This document shows positions 21,301 through 31,924 of a DNA stretch of 32,000 bases, in pieces. Position numbers and translations under genes: made by a program. The stretch is from sequence record OX922092.1; one strand, given 5' to 3'. The notes under the pieces are model-generated. The model did no database searches, was not told the DNA's origin, and saw only the letters and a list, made by a program, of their open reading frames with translations. Positions within the stretch are counted from its first letter, which is position 1; the number at the start of each line of letters is the position of its first letter.

Positions 21301-24300
21301 ACTACCTGTAGAAGGCTTAACGGAAGAAATAAGTTTTGATTTATTTGGTTTATTGGATTTATTAGATTTATTGGATTTATTAGATTTATTAGAAACTAAA
21401 GACAATTTACTTTGTAAATTTCCTGGAAGGCTAGGATTTGGTCCGTCGTCTAACACACCTAAAGAATTTTCTTTTGTATTTTGTTTTTGATCTAATAAAA
21501 ATTTAAGTGGTGTTATAGACGAAACTTTTGAATAGATTTTTTGTTTTGGGGAACTTATAATATGTTTTGTTTTTATGTTTGTAACTTGAGATTTTTTTGA
21601 AAATGAATCTCTTGAAATATTATCTGAAGCATTTTCTAAAAGTTTCATTTGTTCTTCTTTTAAAGAAGTTAATTCAGAAATATTTACATTTGAATCTTCT
21701 GCAGTTTGGGTTAAAAAATCACCCCAAATATCCCAAAAAACAATACCTTTTTTTTGTCGAACAAGTAAATCGGTATCTGGTTGATAAAATTGAAGAACTA
21801 AAATTTCATAAAGATGATAAATTCGACGTCTCATAAATGTACTTGCCAAAGTTAAAAATGTTGTTTGAGTAGTTAATCTTGGAATCAATGATAATGTTGT
21901 TAAGTCATCATTCGTAACACCTTTAACAGCAACTTGATTCATAACAGCTTGGGTCCAAGGTAAAAATGGATAAATACTATAAATTGTTCGTGTTAATTTG
22001 TTAAAAGGAGAACCTGCAATTTGTGTATCTACATTTTCTGGCAATGTATTTGTTATATCTGAAGCCCATTCTACCAAAAATAAATATGCAATCCAATCAA
22101 CAATTAAAACTCCAGGTTTTTCAAAGAAAGTATAAATTGAACGAAATGCACCTTCTAATTTAGCACGTTGACCTAATAAACTTGATGCATTTTTAGACAA
22201 TTGCATAAAAGAGTTAAAACCAAATCTAATAGTTAATAAACTATATAAAATAGAATAATTTTTTATTTGAGTAGTACGAGAAACTTTACTTCGGTCAATT
22301 GAGCCCCCTTTACCTTGGCCCAAATCTTCTTTGGTTAATTTTTCTTCTTCTTTTAAAACTCCTATATTTGAATCTTTATTTAACTGACTTTTTATATCAT
22401 CTTTATTTTTTACATTTTTCTTATCTCTAAATGGGTTTACAGTTTGATCTAAATTAAACCATTTATAATAAAGAAAAATAGGTTTTTTAACTAAATAATT
22501 TAATAAAGAATAAACACCCGTTATAGATAAAAAAGGCAATAAAGAAGTTTCTTTACTTAAAAATAAATTATTAACCGTTGGTTTAATATACAGGTTTTGA
22601 TAGTCATTACTTTCTTTACTTTGAATTTCAAGACGAGGATTAAAATAACTGGATGTACGAAGGTCTTCCGGTCTTTGAAGAATTTTTTGATCATTCATAA
22701 ATAGCGTTGATTTTATTTCTTTTTGATTTTTATTTACATAAAAACCATAAAGAAATGAGTCATTACGTTTTTCAAAATCAAACAAGCTATTTTTACTTAA
22801 AGTTCCATCCGAGTTTATATCTCCTTTAACAAAAGATAGCATTTTTAAATTTGCCAGTTTTCTATTATTTTGACTATTGAACTTTTGACCATCTGTTGTC
22901 TGTAATTTACTTAAACCTAAGTCTATTTCTTTATTTAAATTATATCCAGAACTAGGTTTATCTCTTAAACCATTTGAAGATTTACCTTTAAAAGGATTAC
23001 TATATAGATATGAAGGTATTAAACGTTCTAAAAGAGAGTATATTTTATTTATTCCTATAAAAGAAAATTTTAAAACACCACGTATTTGAGATATACTTAA
23101 AAGCGTAATTAAACTACAAAAATGAAAAAGGATTGTATTAATTTGTAAAGAAGATAAATTAGATTCCATACCTACTATAGATGAAGTAGATTCAAAAGAT
23201 GACCAACCTTTTTTAATTTGACTGTTTAAAATATTATCCTGTCTAAAACAACCATAAACCTGCATTAAATTATTACTGTTATTAACAGGGTTAGAAAGTA
23301 ACGGACTAATGCCACTAAAAGGTGTATTATTGCTATAAGTCCACCAATAATTAGTTTTGCCACTAATAAATGGTTGAACTTTAGCAGTTCGTTTTAAAGA
23401 TTCTTTAAAACGATTGTTACGAATATTAAAGTGACGTACAGAAATCGATTTATTTTTTGGTAGACGATTATAAAATAAAAGACGAGAATTTATTTGATTA
23501 TTTACAAAAGCTAAGTTTTGTAATTTTTCTTCTTGAATTCGTACCTTTTTTACACTTTTTAAAATTAAAGTATTCCATAATGGTATATTTCTTTCTAAAG
23601 AAATATATGGTGTTTCATTTACTAAAAATTGCAGTTTTGTTTTGATGTCCTTTAAAAGTTTTTTGGTTTTATTTTCTTTTGTTTGTTGACGGAATTTTTC
23701 TGTTGTCCAAATTTGTTTTCGTTTGTTAAAATTATTCCCATTTACCGTTTCAGCCCCTGGTAATAAACTAGTAGGACCTAATCCTGCTAAATTAGTAGTA
23801 CCTTTTGAAAAAGCCCAATATAAACGTAAGCGTGACATAGAATTATATCTTAAAGTTGGACGTTTTAAGAAATTGATAGTCTTTTTCTTTAAACCTTTTG
23901 GTCCAAAATTCATAGAAATGCGTGAAGGACGAACTTTAACATGTCCATTTAATGTTAAATTTTCACGGATTTGTGATACAAATTGTTGTATACGTTTTGA
24001 TGATATTTCATTATATTCTGCTAAATAATTAGAAGTTTTATAGTAGGATTCAATATCTTTTTTTGAAAGTGAATGAAAAAGAATAGGCGGGTCCGAATTT
24101 TTTGAAGTTTCAATTATAGTTGAATTTACATTGTTATGTAAACCTAAAAAAGAAAAAAGAAAGTTTTTTACATTTTTTAATAAATAACTTTGTCTTAAAG
24201 AAGGTTCTATACTTGTAGAATATTTTGGTGTTTCTTTAATATCTTTTAAAGATGTTTTTATTTTTTTTAAATAAGGTTTAAAATTTGAACGTAACCAATA

Positions 24301-27300
24301 TGATTTCCAAAAAGCTGTTTTGAATTCTCCTATTACTGAAGGCGAAATATTTACATTTGACACACCTGTAGAATATGGAAAGTATTGATAAGATTTCGTA
24401 CCAAATAAGCTTTTAGGTTTTTTAAACATTTCTTTATAAGAGTAATGTTTCGAAGATTTAGAAAATTTCGAAAATTCAAAATTATCGTCTCTATAAGAGT
24501 TTAGAAAATTTACGAAGGAAATTTTCTTCCCTTCGTCATTTTTCTTTTGTTCTACATTATTGAAATTATTAAAGTTTATTTTATTAAGAGAAGAATCTAT
24601 ATTCAACTTTTTCAGATTTCGTCTATTTTTTAAAAATTGAGAATAAAATCTATAACGTAACCATATTGGTCTTGGATAGAAACGCATACGTTTTTTTCTT
24701 CTTCTTGTTTCTTTTTTTAATTTGGTTATACGACGTTTTTTCTGAATACTTTTACGTTTTCTTAGAACTTCTTCATTTGGAAATAATTTATTTTTTGGCG
24801 AAGAAAAATCTAAAGATTTTTCTTCTGAGCTCGCTTGCACGCGAACTGTTTTTAATGTTAAATTGCTTTTGTTTTTAATTTTTAATAATAATCTATTATT
24901 AAGTAGAAGACTAGGCGATATAGAAAACTCTTTAATTTCATTTATGAAATTTATTTTATGTAAATTTTTTTGTGTGGATAAAAAATTTACGAACCCGCCT
25001 TTTTTTATTTTAGCCGGGTAAACATAAGATTTGTTATTAATAGATGTTTTATTAAGATTTTCTAGTTGTTTTGAAAGAGCTGGGTGTTGTACATATGACT
25101 TAGATATTAGGTTGTAAAAAATTTTATGTTTAAGGCGATTTGATGAAGTTGGATTATTTTGCATTCCATATAAATTTTTTTTTGAGGCGGCGTGCCCGCC
25201 ATTTTTTATTGAAAAATAGGCACGTAATAATTTAGCGGTTTTATCGTTTTGACGCATTTTACGCATTTTAAAAGGAGATTCTTGTGTCAATACAAAATTT
25301 TCATTAGGACGATATAAATTATTCTTTTTTTTTAATAAGTTTTGTTTTGTTTTATTATCGAAAACATAAGGACTTTTTGCTAAAATTAATTGTTTTGGAA
25401 TACTAGAATTATGTAATTCTAAATGAGACGAAATAGAGTTTTCTTCGATATCGCGGTTTTTTAAAGAAGAACCAACAAGTACTACTTGATGTCCATGTTT
25501 TTCAGATGAAAGTTGGGAGTTATAATTTTTTGAATAAAATTCTAGTGGCAAAATATCGGTTTTTAATGTAGAAGAGGAAGAAATGCCAACTCCGGGAGAG
25601 TTTGCCATATTAGGTTTTATAGAATATTCTTCTGATATAGGATTAATATATGTCGATATTTTATTTAAGATTAAAAAATCTTTAAGTGCGTAACGAGTAT
25701 ATTTATTTAAATAAGTTTTTAATTGTAAATATTGATTTTCAAAAAAGTTTTGTTTGTTTTTCTGTTGATTTGGAACTATTGTATTAGAGTTTTTAAATTG
25801 GTTATCACCTTCTACAATTTTAGCAAATTTTTCTAAAGGTCGTTTTTCTTTAAAAACAGGAGAGACATTTTGTAACATTAATGGAAAAGTATTTTTAAAA
25901 TTTTCAAATTCTAAATTCTGATTAGAAGATACTGATTTATTTTTAGAAGATAATAAAGGATATGCTGATTTATTTGACATCAAAATAGGATGTTTAAATT
26001 TTATAGTACGAACGGAAGAATATTTACCAACTAAATTTTCTAGATCCGGTTTATTTATTGAATAAGAATCAAAATTATAACTGTCAACATTTGATTTTGT
26101 ACTGAAAAAAGGGTTTAACGTTTCATTTAACGATGAATCTGACAGGGAACGAGAGTTATTTAGTGTTTGTTTTAAAGTTGATAATACAACTTTATAAAGT
26201 TTATCTTTTGATATTTTATTATAAATTTTTTGATTCGTGCGAATACCCGATTCTTTAGAATCTAGTAATAATTGTTGCTTAGTTTTTTTACTATCTAAAA
26301 AACTTAATTTTTTAAAAATTATTGTTACCTTTTTAGGAGAAAAGTTATTTACAAAAGAAAAATTGAACGTAGGAGATAAATTTTCTTTTTGGTTTTTATT
26401 TAAAGAGTTTAAAAAAACATTATCAGTATCAGTTGATTTATTTCTTAATTTTTGGGAAGATAAATAAGTTGATTCATTAGAAAAATATGAAAAAAGTTTA
26501 TCAATTAGTTCAGGTTTTACATCTATATTTTGATTTAAATAGTTTTGTTTCTTTTTATTCGTTTGCGATAAGACCGGTTCTGTTTGAAGGTCTTGTACAA
26601 TTGGTTTATAAACCATATATTTGTCTAATAATGTACACGCGCGTAAAAAAGAACTAACCGGCGGGTTAGAAAATTTACTTTGTAAATTTTCTATAGTTTT
26701 TTTATTTAGTTTAGAAAATTTACTTTGTAGATTTTCTTCTTTTCGGTTAATAGGGCTACCTTGGGGTAAATTTTCTAAATTTTTAAAAATAGTTTTATTT
26801 GATACTGAATACGCACCTGCCTCATTTTTAAAAATTAATTGTGATAAGAACATTTTTTCATGTACTATATCTGACATTTTCTTTGTGTTATTTTTTGTAG
26901 AAATACCCTGGATTTTATCCTCCAATAAGCGTTTCTGTTTTTCTAAAGGCAAATTAAGCGATTCATTCGTAATATAAAAATGCTTATTTTGTAATGGAAC
27001 ATTAAAATGTATTTTTAAAGGTTCATTTAAAAAATTATCAAAAGATTCGTTTTTTAATAAAAGTCTATTAAAAAAAGAATTTGGATAAAAAGCGGACGCG
27101 CAGGGCTCCAACGCACGTTTTTGAAGATTATTAGATTGTTCTAAAAAGGGCAATGTAGTAACTTTATTTTGACCGGTTTTTTCTAAAAGGTTTAAATCAT
27201 TTTCTAAACAATCTAAATACAACAGACAGTATTTTATACTTTTTGAAGTAGAATTAAAATTAGTTTTTAAATCACGATAAAAATTACCTTCATTTTTTTC

Positions 27301-28329
27301 AAGTATTGAAGAGCTATTTGTTAAGTACATATTGTTATTTTCCAAATTTAAACTTTTACTTGAAACTTGAGCTTTCATTTGATTCGGAGCAAGTAAAAAT
27401 GTTTTTGCTAAAGGAAAATGCATTTTAGTTTCATCGAATTTACTTAATGGATTAGATGTTTTATATACATATTCTGGTACAAAATCATTTGGCTCTTTTT
27501 GATTTGAAAGGTTATTAATAGTATCAGAATTTAGTAATAAATTCGCATTATTGTCCAGAACTGAACTTGTTTGTTTTCCATTTAAATCTGAGTTTTGTAA
27601 AGTATTTGATATATATGAATTATATTCTTTTGTAGGTTGTTTCTTTAACGATAAATTAGCCGATGAAACAAAACCAACAAAAGGTAGAAGCCAATAACAA
27701 ATAAAAGATTTGCGATAAGGGAAAAAATCTCCTTTATTAACTCCATTAAAATTTTTCCCTATTTTACTGTCACTTTTACCGACAAATCCAAAAGACTTAC
27801 CCATTAGATTACTTTCTTTGTTTGATTTATGTTTTTTAGAATCTTTAACAAATCTTGAAAAAGTTGAAATACTAACCCCTTGACTTACGTTTTTTTCTCC
27901 TTTGTTAAACGTTTTATTAAACATTGTATAAATTTTAGCAGTTACGGGTTTCGCATTTAAAGAAGAATCATTTATTGAACCAGATGTATTTAGAATATTT
28001 TGTTTTTCATTAAAGTTTGTAATTTTACGTTGTAATTTCCCAGATCCGAATAAATTCTTTTGTTTACCTTCAATCTCTGTAGAAAAATTTAAATGTCTAC
28101 GACAAAAAATATAATAATAATATGATGAATTTTTTGTTTTTGTACATTGTAAAGGCGGGTTCGTTCTTTCTTCTCGTATTGAAAAACTCTTAAATTGTTT
28201 TTCGCCATATAAAGATTTATTTTTAAATAATTTAGATACACTATAATTTTCAGAAAAATTATTTGGTAATTTTTCTCTTGTTTTATTTTTAAATTTTAAA
28301 ATATTTATAAAAATTTTTTTCGTAAGCAT
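18388..28329 (-). CDS. ftsH: Giant FtsH-like/Ycf2-like AAA-family protein, 3313 aa (Orf2971-type chlorophycean plastid ORF)
   Basis: It is a single uninterrupted 9.9-kb ORF. The AAA-like module is encoded at about 20050-21040:
- ...ILIVGNTNQ...EKTLLVQAIAGETELKIIT (Walker-A region)
- CFFLIEDIHAIGERR (Walker-B-like)
- VVFATTHIPFVLDPALRRPGRLDETISF (second region of homology)

The rest is N/K/S-rich and low in complexity. I found no HExxH protease motif. Confidence 0.8.
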   Translation of the reverse strand: MLTKKIFINILKFKNKTREKLPNNFSENYSVSKLFKNKSLYGEKQFKSFSIREERTNPPLQCTKTKNSSYYYYIFCRRHLNFSTEIEGKQKNLFGSGKLQRKITNFNEKQNILNTSGSINDSSLNAKPVTAKIYTMFNKTFNKGEKNVSQGVSISTFSRFVKDSKKHKSNKESNLMGKSFGFVGKSDSKIGKNFNGVNKGDFFPYRKSFICYWLLPFVGFVSSANLSLKKQPTKEYNSYISNTLQNSDLNGKQTSSVLDNNANLLLNSDTINNLSNQKEPNDFVPEYVYKTSNPLSKFDETKMHFPLAKTFLLAPNQMKAQVSSKSLNLENNNMYLTNSSSILEKNEGNFYRDLKTNFNSTSKSIKYCLLYLDCLENDLNLLEKTGQNKVTTLPFLEQSNNLQKRALEPCASAFYPNSFFNRLLLKNESFDNFLNEPLKIHFNVPLQNKHFYITNESLNLPLEKQKRLLEDKIQGISTKNNTKKMSDIVHEKMFLSQLIFKNEAGAYSVSNKTIFKNLENLPQGSPINRKEENLQSKFSKLNKKTIENLQSKFSNPPVSSFLRACTLLDKYMVYKPIVQDLQTEPVLSQTNKKKQNYLNQNIDVKPELIDKLFSYFSNESTYLSSQKLRNKSTDTDNVFLNSLNKNQKENLSPTFNFSFVNNFSPKKVTIIFKKLSFLDSKKTKQQLLLDSKESGIRTNQKIYNKISKDKLYKVVLSTLKQTLNNSRSLSDSSLNETLNPFFSTKSNVDSYNFDSYSINKPDLENLVGKYSSVRTIKFKHPILMSNKSAYPLLSSKNKSVSSNQNLEFENFKNTFPLMLQNVSPVFKEKRPLEKFAKIVEGDNQFKNSNTIVPNQQKNKQNFFENQYLQLKTYLNKYTRYALKDFLILNKISTYINPISEEYSIKPNMANSPGVGISSSSTLKTDILPLEFYSKNYNSQLSSEKHGHQVVLVGSSLKNRDIEENSISSHLELHNSSIPKQLILAKSPYVFDNKTKQNLLKKKNNLYRPNENFVLTQESPFKMRKMRQNDKTAKLLRAYFSIKNGGHAASKKNLYGMQNNPTSSNRLKHKIFYNLISKSYVQHPALSKQLENLNKTSINNKSYVYPAKIKKGGFVNFLSTQKNLHKINFINEIKEFSISPSLLLNNRLLLKIKNKSNLTLKTVRVQASSEEKSLDFSSPKNKLFPNEEVLRKRKSIQKKRRITKLKKETRRRKKRMRFYPRPIWLRYRFYSQFLKNRRNLKKLNIDSSLNKINFNNFNNVEQKKNDEGKKISFVNFLNSYRDDNFEFSKFSKSSKHYSYKEMFKKPKSLFGTKSYQYFPYSTGVSNVNISPSVIGEFKTAFWKSYWLRSNFKPYLKKIKTSLKDIKETPKYSTSIEPSLRQSYLLKNVKNFLFSFLGLHNNVNSTIIETSKNSDPPILFHSLSKKDIESYYKTSNYLAEYNEISSKRIQQFVSQIRENLTLNGHVKVRPSRISMNFGPKGLKKKTINFLKRPTLRYNSMSRLRLYWAFSKGTTNLAGLGPTSLLPGAETVNGNNFNKRKQIWTTEKFRQQTKENKTKKLLKDIKTKLQFLVNETPYISLERNIPLWNTLILKSVKKVRIQEEKLQNLAFVNNQINSRLLFYNRLPKNKSISVRHFNIRNNRFKESLKRTAKVQPFISGKTNYWWTYSNNTPFSGISPLLSNPVNNSNNLMQVYGCFRQDNILNSQIKKGWSSFESTSSIVGMESNLSSLQINTILFHFCSLITLLSISQIRGVLKFSFIGINKIYSLLERLIPSYLYSNPFKGKSSNGLRDKPSSGYNLNKEIDLGLSKLQTTDGQKFNSQNNRKLANLKMLSFVKGDINSDGTLSKNSLFDFEKRNDSFLYGFYVNKNQKEIKSTLFMNDQKILQRPEDLRTSSYFNPRLEIQSKESNDYQNLYIKPTVNNLFLSKETSLLPFLSITGVYSLLNYLVKKPIFLYYKWFNLDQTVNPFRDKKNVKNKDDIKSQLNKDSNIGVLKEEEKLTKEDLGQGKGGSIDRSKVSRTTQIKNYSILYSLLTIRFGFNSFMQLSKNASSLLGQRAKLEGAFRSIYTFFEKPGVLIVDWIAYLFLVEWASDITNTLPENVDTQIAGSPFNKLTRTIYSIYPFLPWTQAVMNQVAVKGVTNDDLTTLSLIPRLTTQTTFLTLASTFMRRRIYHLYEILVLQFYQPDTDLLVRQKKGIVFWDIWGDFLTQTAEDSNVNISELTSLKEEQMKLLENASDNISRDSFSKKSQVTNIKTKHIISSPKQKIYSKVSSITPLKFLLDQKQNTKENSLGVLDDGPNPSLPGNLQSKLSLVSNKSNKSNKSNKSNKPNKSKLISSVKPSTGSLGMPSTPFLGIESQNIDSGNSLHQWGSQQFLSYAIKSKDTELFIDLHPPRALASVLKNKESSQQLRAISPMGSLVCQIFAGILYKQISKNILIVGNTNQRNKKTDGSSLLNDASASLEKTLLVQAIAGETELKIITDNAHRYALVYRGVAVGIKLLRDVFDSLSLQTPCFFLIEDIHAIGERRSFLITDDTPEGNTEIHEKNQVLYQLSKHVISHYKKPYKGDFSLSIPTNHFCFDFFKARNQNNSKIGKASISRQKTVSPKIYHNQSSDVEQQKEGPRILPSRLLRPSTEFLSPPATSPFSVLTLKEEKKFKTNKKVSDLPWTGKITPQGESTSSQDSQKTGPAYSIRAKVALLADIAISSLSVKLDMITDLLVIIDSVKGNRGFVVFATTHIPFVLDPALRRPGRLDETISFGFSSKNHSWEISHFGILNVPRPAYPNPNIISGFNTYASLGRRGGGSLDFGLTSTGVDTNTILGRLCQKAVSNSPFSSSPDSYLKRTSSLFHFFPENLFNESSCKNVFIQKDNLLAQTSTSNFNYPNTTKILSQVATKASAYLNASIKCFDQESKENFQASSERHLDLHMNTALTQLPDLSLESILSNSSHLSMYASPHFFKNNISLLISGKIGEFYLFSKTSQLEKNRGEEKSLRKFSSNFTEFKSLSSNFVQNCESVSVTRRSSLMPVITESISSLVLSFVQKRFLYKSNLMLPTLFNLTNYSSLMEPFAPSPPITSILLPAKRYENLKRSLSYYQNHDQNFGSGIMEKINIHQQQRLVKRLYNIPVKESFKSEIIENRLSSFSNASLMIGSMSPSGLQKISSSNWFVRNRIFTRHSHYLTNQWWNGQLPEHNAETTFLSDIDWRYAFVERETRDILLDFPDADQHYNPRNRRWVGNTNSPFGTISMPSLTGYENAFYSEIYSHFIYDSFLKAFNIYEQNREVFDYYAFHICKQGLHCHLHEFERLKLIQRFLQN

Positions 28330-29374
28330 CAGCTTACTTCATATAAAAACAACTTTCATAATTTTGGAAATGATTTTTTGTGCAAAGGCGGACAAAACAA
28401 GTTTGTTGTTTTTTTCGACCTGAATTTTTTTCTTAAAAGACTTAATATAAGCTTTTATTAGATTAAAGAAATTTAAAACATTTGAAATATATATATATTT
28501 TTTTCAGCTTTTTCACTAAAGGTTAACAAAATATATATTTTAAGTTTTTTCCGTTTAGTTTGTATTCAAACTATCATTTAGTTTGTAGCTATTGAAAAAA
28601 CATTTCAATACAGAGTAATTTCTAGTAAAAATGTAACTAGTCAATTTATATTAAACAAATTCCAATAAAAAATCAATTATTATAAGTCGATGAGATGATC
28701 GATTTTATATTAAGAGTTGATTTAAATCTATGTTTTTGTTTCTTTGTCTTGTGTTTTTTATAGAATATATACTATGAAAGTTTTACCACTATCAAAATAG
28801 TTCATACCTTAGATTTAATCTAAAATTAAATTAATCCTTTATAGTCCCATAAAGAAGATGTCAGATTTTTTGTTTTTAAATAGAAAATAAAAATATCCAG
28901 TTATAGCATATAATTCTATTTATATAGAATATCTATTTTATATAGATAGTTAAAAATAAATAATTTTCTATTTAGTATGTCTGTTTTATTTTTACTAGAA
29001 CAAAAATTTATGACTTTTCTTTTGAATTTTGTAAATAATTTTTTTTTATTTACAAAATTTCGTTTTCTTTTTATATATTAACTTTTTTAATATTTTTATG
29101 CAATTCATTTTTACTTGAATATTGGACTTTTTTCTTATGTCTTTTTTTTTATAGATAAATTCAAATAGTTTAAAAAAATCTAATATGATACTAATTTTTT
29201 TTATTAGTAATTGGTTTTCACTTTAATAACTAATATTATCAATAGTTATTGATTAATTTCAAAATTCGAGAGGAGTAAATCTTTAGTATACGTTTTTTTT
29301 TTTTTTAATCGTTTTTTATACTCTTGGCTCCTACAAAAATTAAATTCTAAGTGAAAAAATATATATATACATAT

Positions 29375-29421
29375 AAATTGGGTTCTTAGTTACAAAGAAA
29401 AATTGACTAAGAACCCAATTT
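29375..29421 (-). terminator. 16-bp hairpin about 80 nt downstream of the atpB stop
   Basis: The arm aaattgggttcttagt pairs with actaagaacccaattt, with a 15-nt loop. Confidence 0.6.
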
Positions 29422-29499
29422 ATAGAAGGTTATAATTTAACTTTTAGTAGAAAATAGTAATGATAACAACTAATAAATAGTTGTTAATAGTTGAAACGA

Positions 29500-30945
<1,446 letters not shown>

Positions 30946-31116
30946 TTAGTTTTATTATTGTTTTTCTGATTTTTATACTTATTTTGAATTTAGAGTTTTA
31001 ATTTTTGAATTTTAACCAAATAAAATTTTTTTAGAAAAAAAAATCTTCTAAAACTTATTGAATTAAAATTCAGATCTAACGCTTATTTATATTTATTATA
31101 ATATAGTTCATTTTCT

Positions 31117-31214
31117 AATTTGTAAAGTCCGTTTATAATTTATAAAGTCCGTTTATAATTTATAAAGTCCGTTTATATTTTATAAAGTCCGTTTATAATT
31201 TATAAAGTCCGTTT
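31117..31214. repeat. Tandem repeat with about 22-bp period, 5 copies, 175-270 nt upstream of the atpB start
   Basis: The unit aattt(g/a)taaagtccgtttata repeats five times with minor variants. The core taaagtccgttt is present in every copy. Confidence 0.9.
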
Positions 31215-31773
31215 TTTATAAAAAACAAGAAAAATTATATTTCTTCCTAAAAATTATATAAAATTTAAGCGCAGCGGTCAGACGACGGACCAAAGGTTCT
31301 AGTCTGAAAAGGAACATTCTGAACGAATTTTCGAAATTATTTTTTTTTTCTTTTAGATAAATGCAACACAAATATTCACAAATTTTAAGCTATAAAAAGA
31401 ATTTAACTTGTTTATATCTTCATTGTAAAAACAAATTTTCCTACATATTTTCATATTTTCATACTTTTTTCTACTAATAATATAATAATAGTGGTTGTTA
31501 CAATATTAAACCAGTAGCAGCCTAAAAAATTTGCGTAGTAAATAGCTTTTGTCATGGGGGTAGAACGCACTTGCTTACAGTCCGAGTCTGACTGAATTCA
31601 TATACCTATCCACACACATCCATCAGGAATAATGTTTTTTTAAGGTGGGACCAGAAAATGTGTAATCTAACCCGAGAGAATTTTTTGATATCAAAAAATT
31701 AATAAAGGCGGACAAAAGAACTTGGTTGTTTTTTCCGACTCAAAATTTATTATTAAATTAATAAGATTAATTG

Positions 31774-31806
31774 TTAAGAGTCCGCGCTAAAAGCTCGGAC
31801 TCTTAA
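31774..31806 (-). terminator. 11-bp hairpin about 120 nt downstream of the rps19 stop
   Basis: The arm ttaagagtccg pairs with cggactcttaa, with an 11-nt loop. Confidence 0.5.
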
Positions 31807-31924
31807 AAAAGACAAAGTGATTTCAAAATATAATTTTAATGATTATTCATTAAAAATTATAAATTTATATATGTAATTTTTTTTCTAAGTAAACAAATTA
31901 CAGAATTGTTTAAAAAAAAACTAT

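Noticed and set aside
20300-26977. Numerous 60-120-aa ORFs overlapping the giant ORF: + strand at 20300, 21597, 23457, 23723, 24666, 26237 and 26621, and - strand in an alternate frame at 20388
   Set aside because: All are nested within a 9.9-kb uninterrupted ORF, either antisense or out of frame. All are low-complexity translations with no motifs.
31570-31585. GTGCG on the minus strand as the 5' end of a (trans-spliced) group II intron
   Set aside because: No plausible upstream exon translation (for example psaA exon 1) and no domain V-like hairpin is visible. A five-nucleotide match is not evidence. It is kept only as part of the low-confidence finding on the GC-richer island between atpB and rps19.
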